Counted from the stretch's first letter, positions 10,801-23,362 are shown. The stretch: DNA of 64,000 nt from Caecitellus pseudoparvulus (GCA_965644315.1 CBFFRQ010000090.1:1-64000), one strand, 5' to 3'. Program-made: numbers and translations. The notes: generated by a model not told the origin, from the letters alone.

Positions 10801-13678
10801 GGCGCCGCGGTGGGGGAGGGTCCACCCCTGCCGCGAGGGTGTTTGGATGAGCCGGCGTTCTTCGAGGCGCTGCTGCGGGTGGCGGAGCTGACTCGCCGCG
10901 AAGCAAAGGCTGTCAGCGCGGCGACGGCTGGGGCGGGTGGGCAGAGTGTCGCGGGGTGGGGCGACGGCAAATCTGTCGCCACCATGGCCAGTCGTTTCTC
11001 CACCGCCACCAGCTCCACGGGGGCGGCGGAGTTGGTGGGCGAGGCGGCCCAGGCGGTCGCGCATGCGCGGAATTTCCTGCACCGCCGCGTGCTGCCACTG
11101 GGGCGAGCGGTGCAGGCAGAGGAGGGCATGGTGCGGGCCATCCGCACGCCGGAGGTGGCGGCTGTGCTGCTGGACAACGCCGCCTTCCTGGCGCTGCTGT
11201 TCCAGTACTACACCGACCACCCCACGGCGACGGGGGAGCTGCCGCAGGGGCACCGTCAAGCGGGTCGCAGGCGCCGACGGGGCGGCGGCGGTGCCGGTCG
11301 GCGCGGCGCGCGCCCCCGCATGCCGCCGCCGCATGCGGCCATGCAGAGTCACCAATTTGCGGAATTTGCCCGCGAGTGGGAGCTGACGCCGAAGCTGCTG
11401 TCGAACCAGGACGCACTGGGGCTGTTCCACACTACTGCCCGCCGCGCAGGAACCGATGCGACGTCCATTTTGGCGCGGCGGCGCGCGGCGGCGGCTGCGC
11501 GGCGGGCGGCAGAGCTGGCCAGCGGCACGGCGCTGCCTGCGGAATTCGAAGCCGCCGAGGCGGCGGACGCCGATGACGAGCACGCGCTGGATCGAGCTGC
11601 CGCGCGGCGGCGGTCGTTGGTGATGGGGGTGGCGCCCACGACGCCTCACAACACACCCACGGGCGTGGGACTCTCCCTCGCACGAAGCAGCAGTGGCGGT
11701 GGTGGCGGTGGGGACACGACGGTGGGGGGGTCGCGGGGGGGCCGTGCGTTGTGGGGCCGCCTGCGGTCGGCTGTGGCGACGGGGGAGGCGGTGGCCGCCG
11801 CCATGGCCGCGGATGGCGAGGCGGACGACGCGTTGCACATGCCCCCCCCTGCATCCGTTGCCGGGCCGGGCGCGGCGGGGGTGTTGCTGGCGACGCTGGG
11901 GGGGGGTGAGGGGGGCACAGCTGAGCCTGACGCCGCTGCGGCAGCGGAAACTGCCATGGCGAAGAAACGCTTCAAGGAGGCCATCCTGGGGCACCGGGGG
12001 GGCGAGGGGGGCATGGCATTCGCGGCGGGAGGGGGGGGTGCCGACCCCCCCCCCACTGCCCTGGACGCCTCCTATATCACCTTCCCCGCCTTTGTGGAGG
12101 CGGTGGCCATGGCTGGCATGCAGGGCTTCTCGCGACCGTACCTGTGCGAGGAGTACCCCACGCCGCTGAACCGCGTCGCGGGCGTCTTCACGTGGCTGCA
12201 GGCGTCAGGCAAGGCGGGGAAGGTGGCGGCGGCGGAGTGGACACGGGGGCGGCCGCGCCAGGGGGACCCCCGCCTGAAGGCTGCACTACGGCAGGCGGTG
12301 GAGGGGTGGTTGGCTGAGGCGGCGGGGGAGGTGGGCCCACCACCCCCCGCTGCGGCAGGGGGTGGGGTGGATGCCTCCCCCCCGCCCGCCTCGCGCCCGT
12401 GTCCGCCCATGTCCCCCCCTGCGCCCCCCTCCCCCGCCCACCGCCACGCACCAGGCACAGGAGAGCAAGGCGGAGCAAGACGTGCAGTGGGCGCTGCAAG
12501 GCAGTCCCGCCACTCGCACACTCATCGCCCTGGCACGGCGGGGGGAGCTGAGCAGCGCGGAGCAGCGGGGTGAGGCGCGTGCGGCGGCTGCGGCGGCGGC
12601 GGAGCGGCGGGCTGCCATGGTGGAGGGGTTGGGCACAACTGCAACTGCAACTGCAACTTGCGCCGCCTCCCCCCCCATCTTCTCGCCGCGGCCGGTGGAT
12701 GAGCTGGCCAAGGCCATTGCCGAGGGGCGTGCGAGGCTGCTGGAGGAGGGGGGTATAGGGGGGGGTGCCACACCCCTCCCGCCGCCCGTCAAGCACTCCA
12801 GCGTCGTGCAGCACTGGGTCACTGCCGCTGTCACCCTGCCTGAGACGCACACCCCGCATGGCACTGGGCCCTATGCGTTGAGCCCGGCGGGGGCGGCGCT
12901 GGGGGCGGTGTCCGGGGCCATGGGCCCACCCGCCGCGCCGTGGCAACCCCTGTTCCCCCCCGCCCGCACAGTTAACGCTCTGAGCCCCGTCACGACACCC
13001 TCCCCTCGGGGCGGCGGGGGGGCTCTCTCCACAGGCAGTGCCAGGTACACCCCCGGGTCCCTGACTCTGTCCCCTGACTCGCAGGGGGGTGAGGGGGCCT
13101 TCGCAGCACCCCCCTCCACCCAGCCTCGCGTGCAGGTGCGGGTGCAGGCGTCACCCCCGCCCACCGGCGCTGGCGTGCGCACGACGCTCAGCCCGGGGGA
13201 GATCGGGCACATGAAACGCATGAGCGCAGCCCTGCAGGGGCGCGCCGTCGAGGCGTACCTTGGCAAACAACGCAGCGTGCGGGACGAAACGCATGGGCCG
13301 ACCGAGGGCACGCCCCTCTCCACCACCGCCGTGGTCCCCAAGGAGGCCCTGGCGACTGACGTGGCCAGCATGGAACGGCACTCCCTCACCGCCGCTGAGC
13401 TGGCCCTCACCACTGGGCAGCTGTCGCCGTCGGGGAGGGCACGGGCAGGTGCTGGCGTGACGCTGCGGGGGTCCCCCAATTTCCGCGCCGCCAACGCAGC
13501 ACACGCGGGTCTGGACTCCTCCACCATCTCGTCGATTTCCGCAGCCAGCGACGGCCCCGGCCCTGCCTGGAACGTCTCCCTCGCGTCAGAGCGCAGCGTG
13601 GGCGGCGTGGCGGCCCGTGGCTCACACGCGCGGGCCGAGGCCCTGCGCATGCTCTCCTCCTTCTCACAGCGCCGGTGA
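7845..13678 (+). CDS. large protein with three EF-hand/p25-alpha-like helical domains and Gly/Pro/Ala-rich linkers; split by two apparent homopolymer frameshifts; true start probably upstream (~7567) via an intron
   Basis: ORFs 7845-9980, 9661-12573 and 12362-13678 hand over in a G-run (~9797-9807) and a C-run (~12377-12420). The repeated domain pattern is IFFYS..DFHLVP.LLS..LTFPGYIELLGRVA / VFSFY..DIGVFD..FFEALLRVA / LFQYY..EWELTP.LLS..ITFPAFVEAVA. Confidence 0.55.
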
Positions 13679-13838
13679 GTGGCAGACAATTCAAAATACA
13701 CACCACACACGCTTCCAATCGCTGCACGTCTGCACACCCAGGTAGTACGGTGCAGGCGCTGGCGAGGCGTGTGCAGGGCACCGGTGGCTGTGCAGAGGGG
13801 GCTGCAGCGGAAATTGGTTCGCGTTACGCCAACGAGCC

Positions 13839-14949
13839 ATGCCTTCCAACGCTGGGCAGGGCAAGGTGCCCTCTGACAGGTACAGGAACTTTGCTGAAAT
13901 GATCAGCGGTGGCATTGGCAGTGCATCTGGGTGCGTGGCGCGCAAGCCGCGGCGCAACGGCAGCTGCCAGGGCTGACACCCAACGCCCCTCCCCCCCACA
14001 GCCTCATGGCGTGCCACCCCCTGGACACCGTCAAGACACGGCTGCAAGTTTCCGGCGGCAATGAAGGCATGCTGAGCGTCCTGCGCACGCTGGCTGCGCG
14101 GGATGGCGTGCTGTCCCTGTGGCGTGGCGCGGCGGCTCCCACGCTCACCGTGGCCAGCAGCACATCCCTCGTCTTCACCATCAACTCCATGATCCGCCAA
14201 GCCCTGCTAGCAAACTTCCCGGCCCTGGCGCGGCCCAACCCCCACGTGGCGCGGGACGCCAGCCAGCCCCCCACCGTCCTCGCTCACTCGGGGTTTTTCG
14301 TGGCAGGCTTCATCGGCGGCGCCATCTCGTCCTTCATCACCGGCCCCGCAGAACTGGCCAAGACGAAAGTGCAAGCGCAAGGCATGGCTGTGAAGGGGCA
14401 GCACGCCGAGGCGGCGGCGGTGCGGTACCGTGGCAGCCTGCACTGCATGTACGAAGTGGGGAAACGCTACGGGCTGGCAGGGCTATTTCAGGGGCAGCTC
14501 TCCTGCACAGCGCGCAATGCTCTGGGGCAGTGTGCGTACTTTGGCATGTATGCGAAGGTGTCGGACGCCCTCAAGCCCGCGGACTCCATCTCTGTCCCGC
14601 TGCACATCGCCTTTGCGTCGGGCGGCATTGCAGGTGCGTTGCCACGCAACGCAGCGCCACGCGCCGCTGCGCCACGCCACGCCCCCCGCCCTGCTCAGGC
14701 CTCTCGTACTGGACTGCTTGCTACCCTGTGGACGTCATCAAGTCCCGCCTCACGGCTGAGCCGTCCAACCCTGCCCACCGCCGATTCAGCACCATGCGCG
14801 AAGCGTACAGGTACATCCTGGCGAACGAAGGCCTTGGCGGCTTCTACCGCGGGTTTGGGCCCTGCCTCGCGCGGGGGCTGGTTTGCAACAGTGTCGTCTT
14901 CCCAGTGTACGAGCTTGTGAAGCAGTACGGCTTTGGCATCGCCAAGTGA
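13839..14949 (+). CDS. mitochondrial carrier family (SLC25) protein, carnitine/ornithine-carrier-like; 3 exons
   Basis: Three PxD/ExxK/R signatures: PLDTVKTRLQ, PAELAKTKVQ and PVDVIKSRL. GT-AG introns at ~13931-14001 and ~14633-14698 restore the frame. Confidence 0.9.
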
Positions 14950-15163
14950 CCCGCGCGGCAGTGTGAGGGGGCCCTTCAAAAGCCGCACACCCCGCTGCCG
15001 CAGCACAATTCACAAGCCCTGCCACAGCCGTGCATGGATCCTGCCGTGCACGTGCACGGGCACATGGCGCACCCAGCCACAGGCCTGTGCACCCCAGGCG
15101 CCGTGGCCCGTGGCCCTGGTGGCCCTGCAGCCCTGCCAGGCTGCGTGGCGGTGCTGCCGCAGC

Positions 15164-18100
15164 ATGGCCAGTGACAGTGACAGTGACGGCGGGGAGGGGC
15201 GGCACCCCTCCCCGCTGGAGGTGGCGGCCATGCAGCTGTTGCAGCAGCGAGATGAAGCAGATGGCATTGTGTCTGCCATCCTGCCTGCGCTGCAGGTGCT
15301 GGTGTCAGGTGTGTGCGGCGCCAGCTTCGTGAGCTGCCTGTGGCAAGGCGCCTCAGCCCACACCCCGAGGATCCCTCCTGCTCGCAGGCGACAGCACGCC
15401 GGCTGTGCAGTCCAGCGCCATAGGGCAAGTGGCTGATTGGCTGCAGCAGTATCGGGCGTTTCGACAGTCCCAACGCGCAGACTTGGTGCGTGGAGCGCGC
15501 CTGCGAGTGCTGAGCGTGTGAAACGCCCCCGGCATGAAACTCCGCCAACCGCCCCCACCGCAGACCACCTGCCGCAGCGGGTGGTTGAAGAAGGTTGGCA
15601 CAAGCAAGTTCACCAACCAGCGCCGGTGGGTGGTGTTGGAGGCCTCCACGCTGTACTACTACGCTGACCGCGCCGAGACACAGCTGAAGGGCGTGCTGCG
15701 TCTGCCTGGCTGCCGGTGCTACAACTCCAAAAGCGTCACAGACTTGCACGGACACGTGTTCACAGTGACCACCAAGGCGCCCTCCAAGAGCGCACGGGGG
15801 TCAGCCCTGCCAGAGGAGGTGACGGGCGGCGGCGAGGGGCCTGCGCCGCCCACGGCGTGTATCCCCGCACCCCCCGCACACCTCGCCCTGGGCAGTGCGG
15901 GGCTGGGGGGGTCCGCTGGTGCCGGCAGGGGCCTGGAGGCTGAGGTGTTGAACCCCCTGCACGTGTCCAAGATCAAGTACCGGTGGGCGGCGGCAGACGA
16001 GGTGGACCGCAGGGGGTGGGTGCGAGCCATCCAGACGGCGGCTGGTCGCCCTGCGACCGAGCAAGTCGCCCTGCAGTGGGCGCGCGTCCTGAAGGGGGCC
16101 ATGTCCGCGCAGGGGTATCAAGGGGCTCTCATGGCCATGGTCCGGCTGGGGGATGGCCTCCCCCCCCACCCGCTGTCCCTGGCACAGGCCATGACGGGGG
16201 GGGGGTCGCCACCCCCCTCGACACCCCCCTCCCCTGCCCTGGCCCCCCCCCGCCACCACCGCCGCTCAACCAGCCTGCCCGCTGCCGCCATGCCCATTGA
16301 ACGGACACCCCCCTCCCCTCTGGGCCAGCACGAGCGTGTGAGCCCGGAGGGGGGTGAGGGGGGGGTACCAGCCCCCCTCCCCACGTCCACCCCTGCCCGC
16401 GCACCCCCCCCCGCGGAGCTCTTGGCGGGGCCTCAAACCCGCAAACGCTCCGTGTCAGGGGCCGCAGCCCGCCCCAGTGGCACCGCCTCCGCCCCCCCCT
16501 CGCCGGCCCCCGTCGCTGCGACAGGGGGGGGGGTGGACGCCGCGGCAGGTAGCGAGGGGGTGTCCCCTGCCGCTTGCCTGCCGCCCATGTGCGTCCAGCC
16601 CCCCCTCCTGAGCATGATGGCGGACTGGATCCGGGTGGTCATGCGGGCGGGGGAGCGCATGCGGGAGGGGGGTGAGGGGGGGGCCGCACCCCCCTCGCCC
16701 TCACCCCCCTGCCCGCATCACCCCCCTCCCACCCCCACCAAACGCTCAGGGGGCTTCTTCTCCTCCCTGTGGGGGGGTCGCAGCACCAGCGACCCCGGTG
16801 CGGAGGGTGGCGCCACCCCCCCCGCCCTGCCCCCCACCGTACGGGGGGACACGGGCGCCCGCACACTGGGCTCCACAGGTGCGCCCGGGTCCCCACCCCC
16901 GCCCAGCTCCCTGGACCCCACCGCCCTGGCTGCGGGGGCCGTGTCCCTGTCCGACCTCTCATCCAGCACCGGCGCCAGCCACGCCACATCCACTCTGCTG
17001 GCGGGTGCGGCGACATGGGGCGGCAGCGGCGTGGATGGCGCCACCGCCGCCGCCGACTCCGCCGCAGCCATGGCCCCCGGCCCCGTCCGCATGCGCCTGG
17101 GGGGGGCGGCATCCCCCTCCTCCTCCTCCCCCTCCGCCCACGGCTCAGGGCTGCGGGAGGATGCTCATGCAGCTGTGGCTGTCGCCCGGGCCAGCCACGC
17201 CAAGCGCCACGCAGGGCACACGCCAGGGGACCGCGTCACTCTGGGGCAGCTGGCGCGGGACCTGGGCCGCGACACGGTGGTGGCGGGGGTGCAGGTCCAC
17301 CCCCTGTACGTGGCGCTGGCACGGGCCCACGGCGTGCCTCTGGGCGGTGGCGCCAGCGGCGGTATCACACGGCACGTGAACCGACACCCCCACGCTCTGC
17401 TGCGGAATTTGACCCTGCAGCTTCTAGGCGTCGTGGCGGGTGTGAACAGAGCCCTGGTGCGGCAGCATGCGCACCCGGTGGCGGTGCCGCGGCTGCCGCC
17501 CCCCCGGTTCATGTTCCTGGAGGGGGCTTCCGAGGGCGGCGTGGAGGATGGGTACACGTCAGACGGCTCGTCCAGTGTGGGGGGGGGGTTGGGGGGGGGG
17601 CCCTCCCCCTTCAAGTCCACCCACTCGTCACAGGGCAGCATGCCCCCCCCCTCACCCCCCCGCAAGGCGTCCACAGACAGCGACTTCTCACCCCGGGGCG
17701 AGGGAGGGGGGGGTGGGTCCGAGGGGGGTCGACCCCCCTCCACCCTGGCCCGCACCCCCCCTCCCCCGGCCAGCGTGGCCCCCCCGTAGGGGATGCCCCC
17801 ACCTACCGCCCCCCCCCTGACCAACCCGCCTTCCACCTCACCGCCTGGCCGTACCAGCCTCTAGACACGCTCACCGCTGCAGGCAGCCTGGCTGCCACAG
17901 GGGCAGTGCAGGCTCGAGCCCTGAGTTTCATGCGGGAGGTGCTGCTGTGCTCTGCGCGCACAGTGACGGGCGGCGACACGTACGACGCGGCAGATTTCAT
18001 TTTCCGCCACGCGGAGTACACGCTGCTCATGCCAGATTCCGCCGCCACGCCGCCTGTCCGCCTCGTGCTGCAAGTGCTGCCCATTGCCATGGAAGGGGCG

Positions 18101-18424
18101 GGGCAGGTGGGAGATGGCGCGTCGCTGCCGCCGCCCCTCCTGCGTGTGCAGCTGCAGTCCAGCATGCACTTCCGCCTGCGCTCGACGGACTTTGAGGACG
18201 CTGCGTTGGTGGGGCCGCTGGAAACGCCGCTGCCTGACGCCGCCCTCACCCGGCGGTTCGAGGAGGGCGACTGGGCACGCATCACAGCAGTGTTTACGCG
18301 GGACTTTGTGTGGGGCCGCGCGCCCAGCCCTGCAGTCGTCTCCCTGCACGTGCACCCACACCCCAAGCTGGCAAGTGCAGTGCCGCTCAGCGCAGGCGCG
18401 CCCCGCCACACACGCAGCAAGTGA
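15164..18424 (+). CDS. PH-domain protein with long low-complexity region; 2 small introns at the 5' end, one C-run frameshift near 17780
   Basis: RSGWLKKVG..QRRWVVLEASTLYYY..LKGVLRL and AADEVDRRGWVRAIQ. The coding frame switches from ORF 15534-17789 to ORF 16769-18424 at a poly-C tract. Confidence 0.7.
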
Positions 18425-18466
18425 CTGCCCCTGCCCGGCACAGGCAATGCATTGACTGGCACAGCA

Positions 18467-19223
18467 TCACTCCCGCGCTCTCTTGGCGCCCCTGCCGCGT
18501 TTGCCGTCCTTCTTCGCCTTGCCGCTCCCCTTCCGTTGTGCGCTGTCGCTGCGTTTCGCGCGCTTGCTGCCGCCGCTGCCGCCGCCGCTGCGCAGGGCCA
18601 AGAACTGCTCGAGCATTTCATCCTCGTCAATGGCCTCAGCTTCAGAGGCCTTGGGCTCAGACGTGGGCTTGGCGTGCCCCAGGGCCGCGGCGGCTTGCGC
18701 CTTGACGCCCTGCAGAGCGGCGTTGTAATTGCGGAAGGAGTGACGCGCCCCCGCTGCCACCGCCCAGGAGGGCTCCCCGCCGGCTCCCAGTGTGCTCTCC
18801 GTGTCAGGCACACACAGAAGGGGTTGGCGTGCCTGGCCAGGGGGCGGCGGCAGGGGCAGCGTCCCGCCAGTGCCGCTGGCTGGCGCTTCTGCGCTGGGCA
18901 CATCAAATGACCAGTGTGCCGCCTGCTCACGCTCTGCTGCCTTGGCCTCCGCCTCCTCCCGGGCCTGGCTCTGCTGTGCGCGGGCCATGAACTGCACGCA
19001 GGGGGCTTCGAAGTGTGGTGGTGCCCCGCGCTGTCGTGCGCGTGCCGCAGGCGCTCACCTTCATGGAGGACAGCTTGGAGGAGATGCGGCGGGGCGCCTG
19101 CTCTGCCTCGCCAGAACTGGCGGCAGCCTGGTCCACAGCACTTGTCGCTGAGGTTGCATTCTCACCGCCCCCCGCCCCGCCTTCAGGCTGTGCGTTCCCG
19201 GGCTTCCAGAACGTCCGACGCAT
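18467..19223 (-). CDS. MPHOSPH6: M-phase phosphoprotein 6 (MPP6)-like exosome cofactor; 2 exons
   Basis: The intron at 18992-19058 creates ISSKLSSMKFMAR (MPP6 LSxxLLxMKFMxR motif). Second motif ARHSFRNYN and a basic C-terminal tail. Confidence 0.65.
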
Positions 19224-19334
19224 GCTCGGTGGTGAACACTGAAACGCGGGCGAAACGTGCTGCAAAGAAGCCCCTGCAGAGCTCTGCAGGCAGGTGCAGT
19301 GCAGACGGTTGACAGCAGATTTAGCGCAGGAGCA

Positions 19335-22300
19335 TCACGGCGCGAATTCAAATGCCCCCGCTGCCCCATCGTCGTCCTCCTCATGGAAGTAAGTGGGGGT
19401 GTCCGCGAGGGGTGCTGCTGGCGCTGGCGCCGTGGTGGGCCGCTGCAGACCAGCCAGCACCGAGTGGATGGAGGCGCCGACAGACACGCCCGCAGCGTCC
19501 AGCACTGCGGCAGCGGCAGAGTCTGGGCTGAGGTCAGCCACCCGCTTGACGCCCGGGGCCAGTGAGGGGGGGGGGCTGTCCACCCCCCCCTCACCCCCCT
19601 CCGGGCTCATGGCGGCCAGGTCCAGCAGCGACAGCCCCGAGGCATCCTGCAAGCCGCCCAGGCCTGCTGCATCCGGAACGGCAGTAGACCCCCCCCCCCC
19701 GCTGGTGTCCCCCAGCGTGGAGCGGGAGCGCTCCCGCGGCTGCAGCTCACGCCCCGCCGCTGCGAGGGCTGCGGAAATCGCATCCTCCGCCGCAGCTGCC
19801 ACATCGTGAGGCATGTCGGGTGGGGGTGTGCTGGAGTCAGCAGCGCTGGGGGCGTGTCTGGGTCCGGGGTCTGCTGGGCTGTGTGGCTGTGGCGGCGAGT
19901 CAGTGACCAGGTCCAGGATGCCCAGGCCGGCCAAGGCGTCAGGTGACTCGGCAGGCACGTGGTGCGTTGCAGCGCCAGGGCGGTCGCGGGGGGGGCTGCT
20001 GTCATCGGGTGCCGCCTCCCCTCCTTCACCCCCCTCGGAGTCCGAAGCCCCCCCTTCACCCCCCCCCTCCTCGTGCAGGGTGGTGGAGTACCCCAGAGAG
20101 CCGTGGTTGCTGGCACCAGGCGAGTCACCGGACACTGCGGAGGCGGGCGGTGACTCCCGCTGCCTGGCAGTGCTGGGAGTGAAGGTCACCACGGGGGGCG
20201 ACGCTGGTACCACGCCAGCCTTGGGCGCCAGCGCTGCCAGCCACGCTTCCGGGTCGATGCCGTCAGCGGATATGGTGCTACCGCCGATGGAGGGGGGGGC
20301 GGGCGGTGCCCCCCCCGGCGCTGGCGTGAGGGGGGGCTGTGCCGTCACACCCTCCTCCTCCTCCTCCTCAGTATCAGTGTGTGAGAGCTGGCTGCTGTCG
20401 CCCCACACGCCAAGCAGGGCGGGGTCCGTGGCACCCCCCCCCTCACCCCCCTCCTCCGCCAGGGCAGGGGGTGAGTGGCCTGCGGCATGGCGCAGGGCCC
20501 ACCCCTCTCCGCTATCAGAGGCCCCACTGGCGGCGGGAGAGGGGGGGTGTGGGGCTCCCACAGGGAAGGGCCCCATGGCACCGCCGGAGTCACTGCTCCC
20601 ACCCAGCTCCGTCCGCAGGCTCAGGCGGTGTGCGTCACGCAGCTCCTTGCGCAGCGTGTCCACTGTCACGTGGCTTGCCCGCACCTGCACCTTCAAATCC
20701 CGCACTTGGCGGGCCAGGGAGTCCCGCTCGAAGCTCACGTCTCGAAGCTGCCGCTGCGCCGCTGCCGCCTGCTGCGTTGCCAGGCTCGCCTTGTGGCGCT
20801 GGGACGCAACGCTGCGGTCTTGCGCCAGGCGGCTCGAACGTGAAGACGACGCAGCAGCACTCTCGGCAGCCTGAGCCCGGCGTTCGGCGGCGTCGGCGGC
20901 TTCTGCGGCCAGCGCTGTCGCGCGCTGTGCCGCAGCGAACTCTTTTTCCGCACCTGTCACGCGCCGCCTCAGGTCATCCCGTTCCTCCCGAAGGCAGCGC
21001 AGCTCTTCACGAACATCGCGCAGCTTGCGCTGCAACTCCAAGGCACCGGCTGCCTCTGCCGCATGTTCGGCGGCACGGGCCTCTGCCGCTGCCGCCTTGG
21101 CTGACAGCCCCCGCACCTGCGCCTGCGCCGAGGCACACGCAGATTGCAGCGCTTCAATGCGCGCTTCAGCCCTCGCCAACGCCTCTTCGCTCTCGCGCCT
21201 GGCGGCTGCTGCGCTCTGCGCGAGGGTCTCTGCAGTGGCGGCCCGTTCTTCCGCCGTGCCGGCGCGGGCGGTGGTGAGGGCGGTGCTGCTGACAACGGAA
21301 GCAGCACGGTCCTCAGCCGCCTCCAACTGAGCTGTTGTCGCTTGCAGCTCTGCCTTGGCTCGTGCAGCCTCCCGCACCGCTGTGTCCCGCTCTGTGGCGG
21401 CTAAGCCAGCCGCCCGCTGGCTTGCGTTGAGGGCGTTTCGTGCTGAAGCAAGGGCAGCACGGGCGGAGGCTGCGTCAGCCTTGGCGCGCGTCTCCGACCC
21501 CTGCACCGCGTCAAACGCCGTGCGCAGGGCAGCCAACTCGCTTTCTGCCGTTGCCAGGCGCTGGCGGCAGTCTGTCAGTTGTGCCTGGGCCGTGCTGGCG
21601 TTCCTGCGCAGCGACTCTGTTTCCTGCGCTGCTGCAGTTGTGGCTGCCTGCACGGCAGCATCTGCGTCGCCCCGGGCAGACGCCACAGCAGCGTCAAAAT
21701 CATCCTGCAATGCATGGCGGGCACGCTCACTCTCTGCCAGCTGGCGCTGCACGCCAGCCAGCGTCGCCTGGTGTGTCTCCGCAACATCTGACGCGCTTGC
21801 GGCACTGCGCTGGGCTTCGGACAGCTGGCGCATGGCACTGCTGCACAGCTCCACGAGCTCCCTCCCCGCTTGCGCCAGGCGCCGTGTCACAGGCGCATCA
21901 CTGCCGTCTTCGCCATGCACGCTGGCGGCAGTGGCGCCGCTCACGGCTGCCGGCACGAGTGCGGTGGAGCTGCTGAGCGATGCTGACGGGCCACCGCCGC
22001 CCCGAGCTGGCGCAAGGCACGCCAACGCCTGGCTGACATGATCAGCCAACGAAAGTACTCGATTGGACAGTTCCTCCGCCCTTGCGCGCTGCCGCTCGGC
22101 ACTGGCCTCGGCGGCAGCGCTGCTTGACGCGCCGGCGCTCTGCAGCGCAGCGATTTCAGCACGGCACGCCGCCACCTCTGCTTCCCGGGCCTGCAGCTGG
22201 GAGGCCAGGCCCGACGCGCGCTCCCTGGCGGCTGTCGCGGCTTTGGATGCCTCTGCCACTGCTGCAGCAGTGGCAGCCACGCGTTGCTGAGCTGCGCGGT

Positions 22301-23153
22301 CTGCGGCCCTGGCATTGGTCAGCTCTGCAGAAACGCCCTGCAACGCATCGGTGGCTGCTTGCTCCTGTGTGCGCGCACGCTGAGCAGCGTCGCGCTCATG
22401 CTGCACTTGTTGCCGCAACGTGTCCACTTCTCGCCGCCCGTCCTCCACCTCGCTCGTTGCCTGGGCGTGCTGCGTGCGCAGGTGTGCCAGCTGCCGCTGC
22501 ACCGCTGCATGGCGTGCCTCCGCCTCCTCCACCAGCCGCCTCAACGTGCCGTTCTCGCCCGCCAGATCGGCCAGGCGCTGGGACACTGCCGGGTCGTGGG
22601 CTGCCTGGGCCGGGGCGGGGGCTGGCGCGGCAGAGGCTTGCGCTTGCAGCTTGGCGTTGGTGGTGGCGAGCTCCAGCACCCGCTGCCGCTCACGCCGCAG
22701 TGCCGCACGCAGGGCGGTGATGGTGCCCTCTTGCTCCACGACGGTGTGGCTCGTCGCCGTCAGCTGCGCCAGCATGGCGCTGGAGGCGGTGCTGTCGTCG
22801 TGCCCCCCTCCGCCCTGTGCAGCGCCGTGGCCAGCCCAGGCCCCGTGCGCTCCGCCTGACGCCACAGCGCCGTCAGGCGCCTCGCCACGCCCCATTCCCG
22901 GCAGCATGAGGGAGTCATCCAAGTCCACAGTGCCGCCGTGCTCCACAGGGCGCCCGCCCGTGCCTGTGTGGCGAAGGGGAGCCGGGGGGGCGAGGCGTGC
23001 AGCGCGACCGTTGGAGCCCGCCTCGGCAGTGCTTGCGGCACACGCACCTCCACCTCGGGGGGGAGACAGCGTCAGATCTGCCTCTGTGCCATAGCCACCA
23101 AGGTCTTCGTGTGCCATGGCGGCTGTGGCTGCCTCCAGGGCTGTGCCTGCCAT
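19335..23153 (-). CDS. long Ala/Glu/Arg-rich coiled-coil protein with disordered C-terminus
   Basis: Uninterrupted ~1270-codon ORF from MAGTALEAA, with a long heptad-rich segment. Confidence 0.75.
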   Translation of the reverse strand: MAGTALEAATAAMAHEDLGGYGTEADLTLSPPRGGGACAASTAEAGSNGRAARLAPPAPLRHTGTGGRPVEHGGTVDLDDSLMLPGMGRGEAPDGAVASGGAHGAWAGHGAAQGGGGHDDSTASSAMLAQLTATSHTVVEQEGTITALRAALRRERQRVLELATTNAKLQAQASAAPAPAPAQAAHDPAVSQRLADLAGENGTLRRLVEEAEARHAAVQRQLAHLRTQHAQATSEVEDGRREVDTLRQQVQHERDAAQRARTQEQAATDALQGVSAELTNARAADRAAQQRVAATAAAVAEASKAATAARERASGLASQLQAREAEVAACRAEIAALQSAGASSSAAAEASAERQRARAEELSNRVLSLADHVSQALACLAPARGGGGPSASLSSSTALVPAAVSGATAASVHGEDGSDAPVTRRLAQAGRELVELCSSAMRQLSEAQRSAASASDVAETHQATLAGVQRQLAESERARHALQDDFDAAVASARGDADAAVQAATTAAAQETESLRRNASTAQAQLTDCRQRLATAESELAALRTAFDAVQGSETRAKADAASARAALASARNALNASQRAAGLAATERDTAVREAARAKAELQATTAQLEAAEDRAASVVSSTALTTARAGTAEERAATAETLAQSAAAARRESEEALARAEARIEALQSACASAQAQVRGLSAKAAAAEARAAEHAAEAAGALELQRKLRDVREELRCLREERDDLRRRVTGAEKEFAAAQRATALAAEAADAAERRAQAAESAAASSSRSSRLAQDRSVASQRHKASLATQQAAAAQRQLRDVSFERDSLARQVRDLKVQVRASHVTVDTLRKELRDAHRLSLRTELGGSSDSGGAMGPFPVGAPHPPSPAASGASDSGEGWALRHAAGHSPPALAEEGGEGGGATDPALLGVWGDSSQLSHTDTEEEEEEGVTAQPPLTPAPGGAPPAPPSIGGSTISADGIDPEAWLAALAPKAGVVPASPPVVTFTPSTARQRESPPASAVSGDSPGASNHGSLGYSTTLHEEGGGEGGASDSEGGEGGEAAPDDSSPPRDRPGAATHHVPAESPDALAGLGILDLVTDSPPQPHSPADPGPRHAPSAADSSTPPPDMPHDVAAAAEDAISAALAAAGRELQPRERSRSTLGDTSGGGGSTAVPDAAGLGGLQDASGLSLLDLAAMSPEGGEGGVDSPPPSLAPGVKRVADLSPDSAAAAVLDAAGVSVGASIHSVLAGLQRPTTAPAPAAPLADTPTYFHEEDDDGAAGAFEFAP

Positions 23154-23362
23154 GTTGGCGCGGGGGGCAGGCAGTGCGTGCGGAAATTGCCTCCCAGCAC
23201 CCTCCGCAGTGGCCCCTCCAGGCACACACAATGACGTGCGGACGGGTCGGAGGGTAAAATGCAGATGGAGTCCGTCCCAACACACGCTGGACACGTTGCA
23301 TTCGTATTGCGAGGACCCTTTGAACTGTCCCCGGCTTCCACGTCCGCCGCTGGCAGCTTGGC

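Noticed and set aside
9790-17790. Programmed ribosomal frameshifting at three ORF hand-overs
   Set aside because: All lie in long G/C homopolymers typical of indel errors, and no conserved slippery-site or stimulator context is evident.
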